32,000 bases of DNA from Erysipelotrichaceae bacterium (GTDB taxonomy: Bacteria > Bacillota_I > Bacilli_A > Erysipelotrichales > Coprobacillaceae): assembly GCA_028698185.1 (NCBI GenBank), contig JAQVDW010000004.1, positions 76,676 through 108,675 on the forward strand, in the 5' to 3' direction. Under the pieces are notes generated by a model, which saw only the letters and a program-made list of their open reading frames with translations, was not told the origin of the DNA and searched no databases. Shown one piece after another: positions 28,756 through 32,000 of the stretch; position 1 is the stretch's first letter, and every line of letters begins with the position of its first letter. The position numbers and the translations under genes were made by a program.

Positions 28756-29424
28756 ATGAAAATGAATAGGATGTCAGTTGTTTATCTGGTTGCCGGGGTC
28801 TTAAGTGTCGTGGCCACTCTGTCGATTTTTCTTGTGAATTCCAATCAGGAGTTCGCCATTCATATCTGGCTTGGGTTCTTTGCCATGCTTTATGGTGAAG
28901 TGGCGTTTTTCGGGGGGATGATCCTTATCGAGAAATATGCCCAGGAACGCAACCTGCTGATCTTGAAAACCGGCGGGGGGATCGTGGTCGGGGTATATGC
29001 CCTGTTGACCTTCCTGCTGTCCTTTGTCTACATGAATGTCGAATACGCTTCACCTTTTACATTCCTGAGCTTTTTGGCAATCCTGCTTGTCTACACCCTG
29101 ATTGTAGAATCGATATTCGTTCTAGTTTCCAGAAGGGTGTTTAAAAAAGAAGTCAGGGGCCAAGCCAGAGAGGCTGTCGACAAGTATTTAGAAGAGCTAG
29201 ATCTTATCGAAGCACAAGAGCCATACCTTTCCCGGATCACCAAGCTCAAGGAAAAAATCCGCATTATGGATCCACGTCAGGCCGAGGCCATTGGTGAATC
29301 TTTCTACCAGACCGTCGGTGAACTTCAGGAACAAATGAGGGTATTCTCCAGCGAGAATGAAATGAAAGTCAACGAGTTGCTTGCGACACTCGAGCAGCTC
29401 CCGGATTCTCAAAACACCCAATAA
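28756..29424 (+). CDS. Uncharacterised membrane protein (4 predicted TM helices plus a charged, helical C-terminal tail)
   Basis: Hydrophobic segments VVYLVAGVLSVVATLSIFLV, IWLGFFAMLYGEVAFFGGMILI, IVVGVYALLTFLLSFVYM and FLSFLAILLVYTLIVESIFVLV are followed by an E/K/Q-rich tail. Start at 28756, after GAAGGTGG. An upstream TGTTATAAT at 28688..28696 could serve as an extended -10 box. Confidence 0.6.
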   Translation: MKMNRMSVVYLVAGVLSVVATLSIFLVNSNQEFAIHIWLGFFAMLYGEVAFFGGMILIEKYAQERNLLILKTGGGIVVGVYALLTFLLSFVYMNVEYASPFTFLSFLAILLVYTLIVESIFVLVSRRVFKKEVRGQAREAVDKYLEELDLIEAQEPYLSRITKLKEKIRIMDPRQAEAIGESFYQTVGELQEQMRVFSSENEMKVNELLATLEQLPDSQNTQ

Positions 29425-29474
29425 TAGTTTTGAATCTCATTCAATAAAGTGTCTTAAACAGAGAAGGTGGGATA

Positions 29475-30086
29475 ATGAAAAGAAAAATCCTGTTGCCATG
29501 GATTATCATCATCATCGCATTGTTTGTTTTCTGGCCAATTGGTGCCTATCTTATCTATCGCAAGATAACCAATGACAGGATGGAGCTTCTAAAAAACAGC
29601 GGTTCGTTGAATAAGGCCGGGCTGATCTTCATGGTGATCGGCTTTATCATCTTCGCGGGCTTCTCCCTGGCGGGAAATCCTGACTTGCACACCTACGCCA
29701 AGGGAGGAGTATTCATCACCAGCGGTGGAGTGGTCATGTTCTATTTCGGTGTTGCCATCAACCGGACGGCCAAAAGATACCGCAACTACATCCAGATTAT
29801 AATCAATGACGGCCAGAAAAACCTCGGTGAAATCGCCAAGGAGATGCATCTTGGCCCGTCCAAAGTCGAACGCGATCTTCAAAGCATGATCGCCCTGGGC
29901 TATTTTGGCGATGCCTATATCGATTATGTCAATGACCAGATAGTCATCAAGCAAAAAGAACCGGATAATCCTCCTGAAAGTGAGGGTCTGATACCGGTCA
30001 TCTGCAGGAACTGCGGCGGCCGCAACAGCGCCTTGGCGAAGCGATGCCAGTATTGTGATTCTCCTCTTGGTGAGCAGCATAAATAA
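29475..30086 (+). CDS. Uncharacterised membrane protein with a cytoplasmic winged-helix-like segment and a C-terminal zinc ribbon
   Basis: Three hydrophobic segments are followed by NLGEIAKEMHLGPSKVERDLQSMIALGYFGDAYIDYVNDQIVI and then CRNCGG...CQYCDSPL (CxxC...CxxC). RBS GAAGGTGGG. Confidence 0.62.
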   Translation: MKRKILLPWIIIIIALFVFWPIGAYLIYRKITNDRMELLKNSGSLNKAGLIFMVIGFIIFAGFSLAGNPDLHTYAKGGVFITSGGVVMFYFGVAINRTAKRYRNYIQIIINDGQKNLGEIAKEMHLGPSKVERDLQSMIALGYFGDAYIDYVNDQIVIKQKEPDNPPESEGLIPVICRNCGGRNSALAKRCQYCDSPLGEQHK

Positions 30087-30107
30087 AAATGTTCTGAGAT
30101 CTAAAAT

Positions 30108-30161
30108 GGACCCATGTATTCGGACACGTAATAAAAAACGTGTTTGGATTCATGGGTCTTT
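30108..30161 (+). terminator. Long imperfect hairpin plus T4; either the terminator of the preceding gene or a structure in the left end of the following IS
   Basis: GACCCATGTATTCGGACACG-N10-CGTGTTTGGATTCATGGGTC followed by TTTT. Confidence 0.45.
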
Positions 30162-30195
30162 TACTATACAATAATATCATCTGGAGGAATTAACA

Positions 30196-31266
30196 ATGAG
30201 CAAGTTCACTTTCACAAAAACACAAATCAATCAACTCAAAAATAATGAATATGTTGAGTCCGTCAGCAGCAAGGGGATAACCTATTCTTTGGAATTTAAG
30301 TACCTTGCGGTTGAGGATTATTTAGCCGGTATGAGTGCGAAAGAAGTATTTTCCAAATATGGATTTGATTCTAATATCATTGGCGATAAGAGAGCCTCAT
30401 CTGCCTTAGCACGATGGAAACGGCAGTACCATGAAGATGGTTTGTTTGGATTGAAAGATGCTAGAGAGCATAACCAGGGACGTCCTACAAATCGCGAGTT
30501 AACCGATGAAGATAAAATGAAATGCTACGAAGCTAAAATCAAATATCTGGAAGCTGAGGTAGAACTGTTAAAAAAATTAGACGCGATAGAAAGGACGGTG
30601 TTAAAAAATAGCAAGCAAAAAGTGATAAAATACCAGCTTATCGAGACAACCATTTCACAAAATAATATGAAATACAAAGTGAAATATTTATGTGATCTCG
30701 CTCAAGTTTCCAGGTCTGGTTATTACAGTTATCTAAAAGCTAAAAGCAATAGAGATGCCAAAGAGCTAAAAGATCAAGAACTGCTGAAATACGTCCAAAA
30801 GGCGATGAAATACAAAGGTTACAAGAAAGGCTCGCGCCAGTTAACAATGCGAATTAATCGGCTTTATAAGGCTGAAAATATTGAAAAGCAAATTAATCGA
30901 AAATGTGTTCAGCGGATAATGAGAAAATATGGAATTGTATGCCCAATCCGCAGGGCAAACCCATATAGAAAGATGGCAAAAGCGACCAAGGAGCACTGCG
31001 TCGTAGAGAATATTGTAAATAGAGAATTCAAGCCTGGGAAATCAGGAAAAGTCCTACTAACTGATGTTACATATCTTCACTACAACGGGCACAAGAAAAC
31101 GGCGTATTTGTCTACAATCAAAGATTCCCAAACAAACGAGATACTTGCCTACAAAGTATCAAAATCACTGGCAATAGATTTTGTGTTGAATACCATTAAA
31201 GATTTGAAAAAAGCTAAATATTTGGCTATGTTAGCCTATAACGATGTTTATCGACTTTTCCTATGA
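30196..31266 (+). pseudogene. Second, different IS3-family transposase (OrfA-OrfB in one frame), truncated within the DDE domain
   Basis: The N-terminal part is an HTH plus leucine zipper (KIKYLEAEVELLKKLDAIE). An HTH_21-like segment (VKYLCDLAQVSRSGYYSY) follows, and then the first catalytic region, VLLTDVTYL. Family-like sequence stops after ...LNTIKDLKKAK (~31225), before any H(S/T)D.G second-Asp motif. The last ~13 codons are junction read-through. Confidence 0.75.
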
Positions 31267-31301
31267 AAATAGGTGTATAATGAAGAAGAGGTGGGATAAC
31301 C

Positions 31302-31874
31302 ATGGAATTAGATAAAATCAAGAATGACATAGATACTTTAAGCAACGATGAATTGAACGCCCTAATTGTTTTCCTTCAGGACCGTCAACTTCTAAACGAT
31401 TATACCAAGATCCTTGTGGATGCATTAGAAGCCAAACATAAAGACTCAATTACGTGTCCTCGTTGTGGGAACCATCACATCAAAAGAGATGGACACTACA
31501 AAAACGGAACGCAACGTTATAGATGTATCAATTGTGGTAAGACTTTTACTCCATATGTCGGTACGATCTTGGAGAATACCAAACTTTCTTATATAACCTG
31601 GCTTAAGTATCTGATAATAATGAGTCATGACGAAGATTTGAGGGACTGTGCCAAATATGCAGGAGTTTCATTAAAATGCAGTTTTTTCATGCGCCATAAA
31701 ATATTGAACGCCCTATCTCATAGGATGGAAAACATTGAGCTTAGTGGAATTGTGGAATTAGATGAAATGAGTGTAAACATCAGCTATTCCGGAAATCACA
31801 GCAAGCAGGCGGAAAAAACCTTGCCCAGGAAGCCCTATAAAAGAGGACGGAAAGGTAACCGCAGAAACAAGAAG
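31302..31874 (+). pseudogene. IS1595 (ISXO2-like) family transposase, 3'-truncated by IS3 insertion
   Basis: An N-terminal transposase zinc ribbon (CPRCGNHHIKRDGHYKNGTQRYRCINCGKTF) is followed by the start of the DDE_Tnp_IS1595 region (VELDEMSV...RGRKG). The ORF then runs into the IS3 terminus at 31875. RBS GAGGTGGG. Confidence 0.75.
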
Positions 31875-32000
31875 TGGATAGTCAACACTTTTTTAAACAA
31901 CTTTTATAAGGACAACCGAAATTGTACTGGTGTCTTGTAGTTAAGACTTCCATGTTTCCTTTTATTGTTGAACCAGTTTACATAATCAAACAGTTCCAAC
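31875..32000 (-). mobile_element. Right end of a second, inverted copy of the IS3-family element seen at 1..760 (continues beyond the window)
   Basis: Bases 31875..32000 are the reverse complement of 635..760, with 5 mismatches in 126 nt by hand alignment. The copy starts with the same TGGATAGTCAACAC terminus. Confidence 0.85.

Noticed and set aside
31875-31940. The last 22 codons ([21 protein letters not shown]) of ORF 31302..31940.
   Set aside because: They are not part of the IS1595 transposase. They are read-through into the inverted IS3 end, so the gene is annotated as truncated at 31874.

Overview
The window looks like a mid-GC Firmicutes-type chromosomal segment, with GGAGG-type ribosome-binding sites, many TGnTATAAT extended -10 promoters and PTS genes. 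All calls come from reading the sequence and recalling family motifs; no database search was run.

Gene content, left to right:
- A decayed IS3-family element (1..760) that has cut off a hexapeptide acetyltransferase gene (remnant 761..946).
- A Nim-like PNPOx-fold gene translationally coupled to an ACT-domain gene.
- A MATE efflux gene on the minus strand, with a terminator-like hairpin in its leader.
- A pabA-pabB-pabC (p-aminobenzoate) operon.
- A small nitrosative-stress-type cluster: a YgbA-family protein, a GNAT and a ScdA/YtfE-type di-iron repair protein.
- A DUF1287 lipoprotein.
- A PucR-type regulator followed by a 645-aa OYE/enoate-reductase-type flavoenzyme.
- A second GNAT and a TetR regulator.
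- A two-gene minus-strand operon encoding an unusual unknown-domain/EIIB(Cel)/ROK-like fusion protein plus a PHP phosphoesterase.
- gdhA.
- A membrane-anchored GH3-like protein.
- An RpiR regulator, a beta-glucoside PTS IIBCA, a GH1 6-phospho-beta-glucosidase and a cytidylate-kinase-like protein.
- A TIGR03905/TSCPD 4-Cys protein and a second Nim-like paralog.
- An SDR epimerase-like protein with a long C-terminal zinc-ribbon-like extension.
- An EamA transporter and two uncharacterised membrane proteins.
- A nested IS graveyard from about 30.2 kb to the window end: a second IS3-type gene is truncated by an IS1595-type gene, which is truncated by an inverted copy of the first IS3 element.

I saw no rRNA, tRNA or CRISPR array, and no recognisable defence or toxin system.

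The most notable points:
- Inverted, diverged IS3 copies bracket the entire 31.1-kb interior.
- The EIIB-ROK fusion operon.
- The YgbA promoter carries an overlapping palindromic operator.
- The SDR/zinc-ribbon fusion.
- The MATE leader looks like an attenuator.
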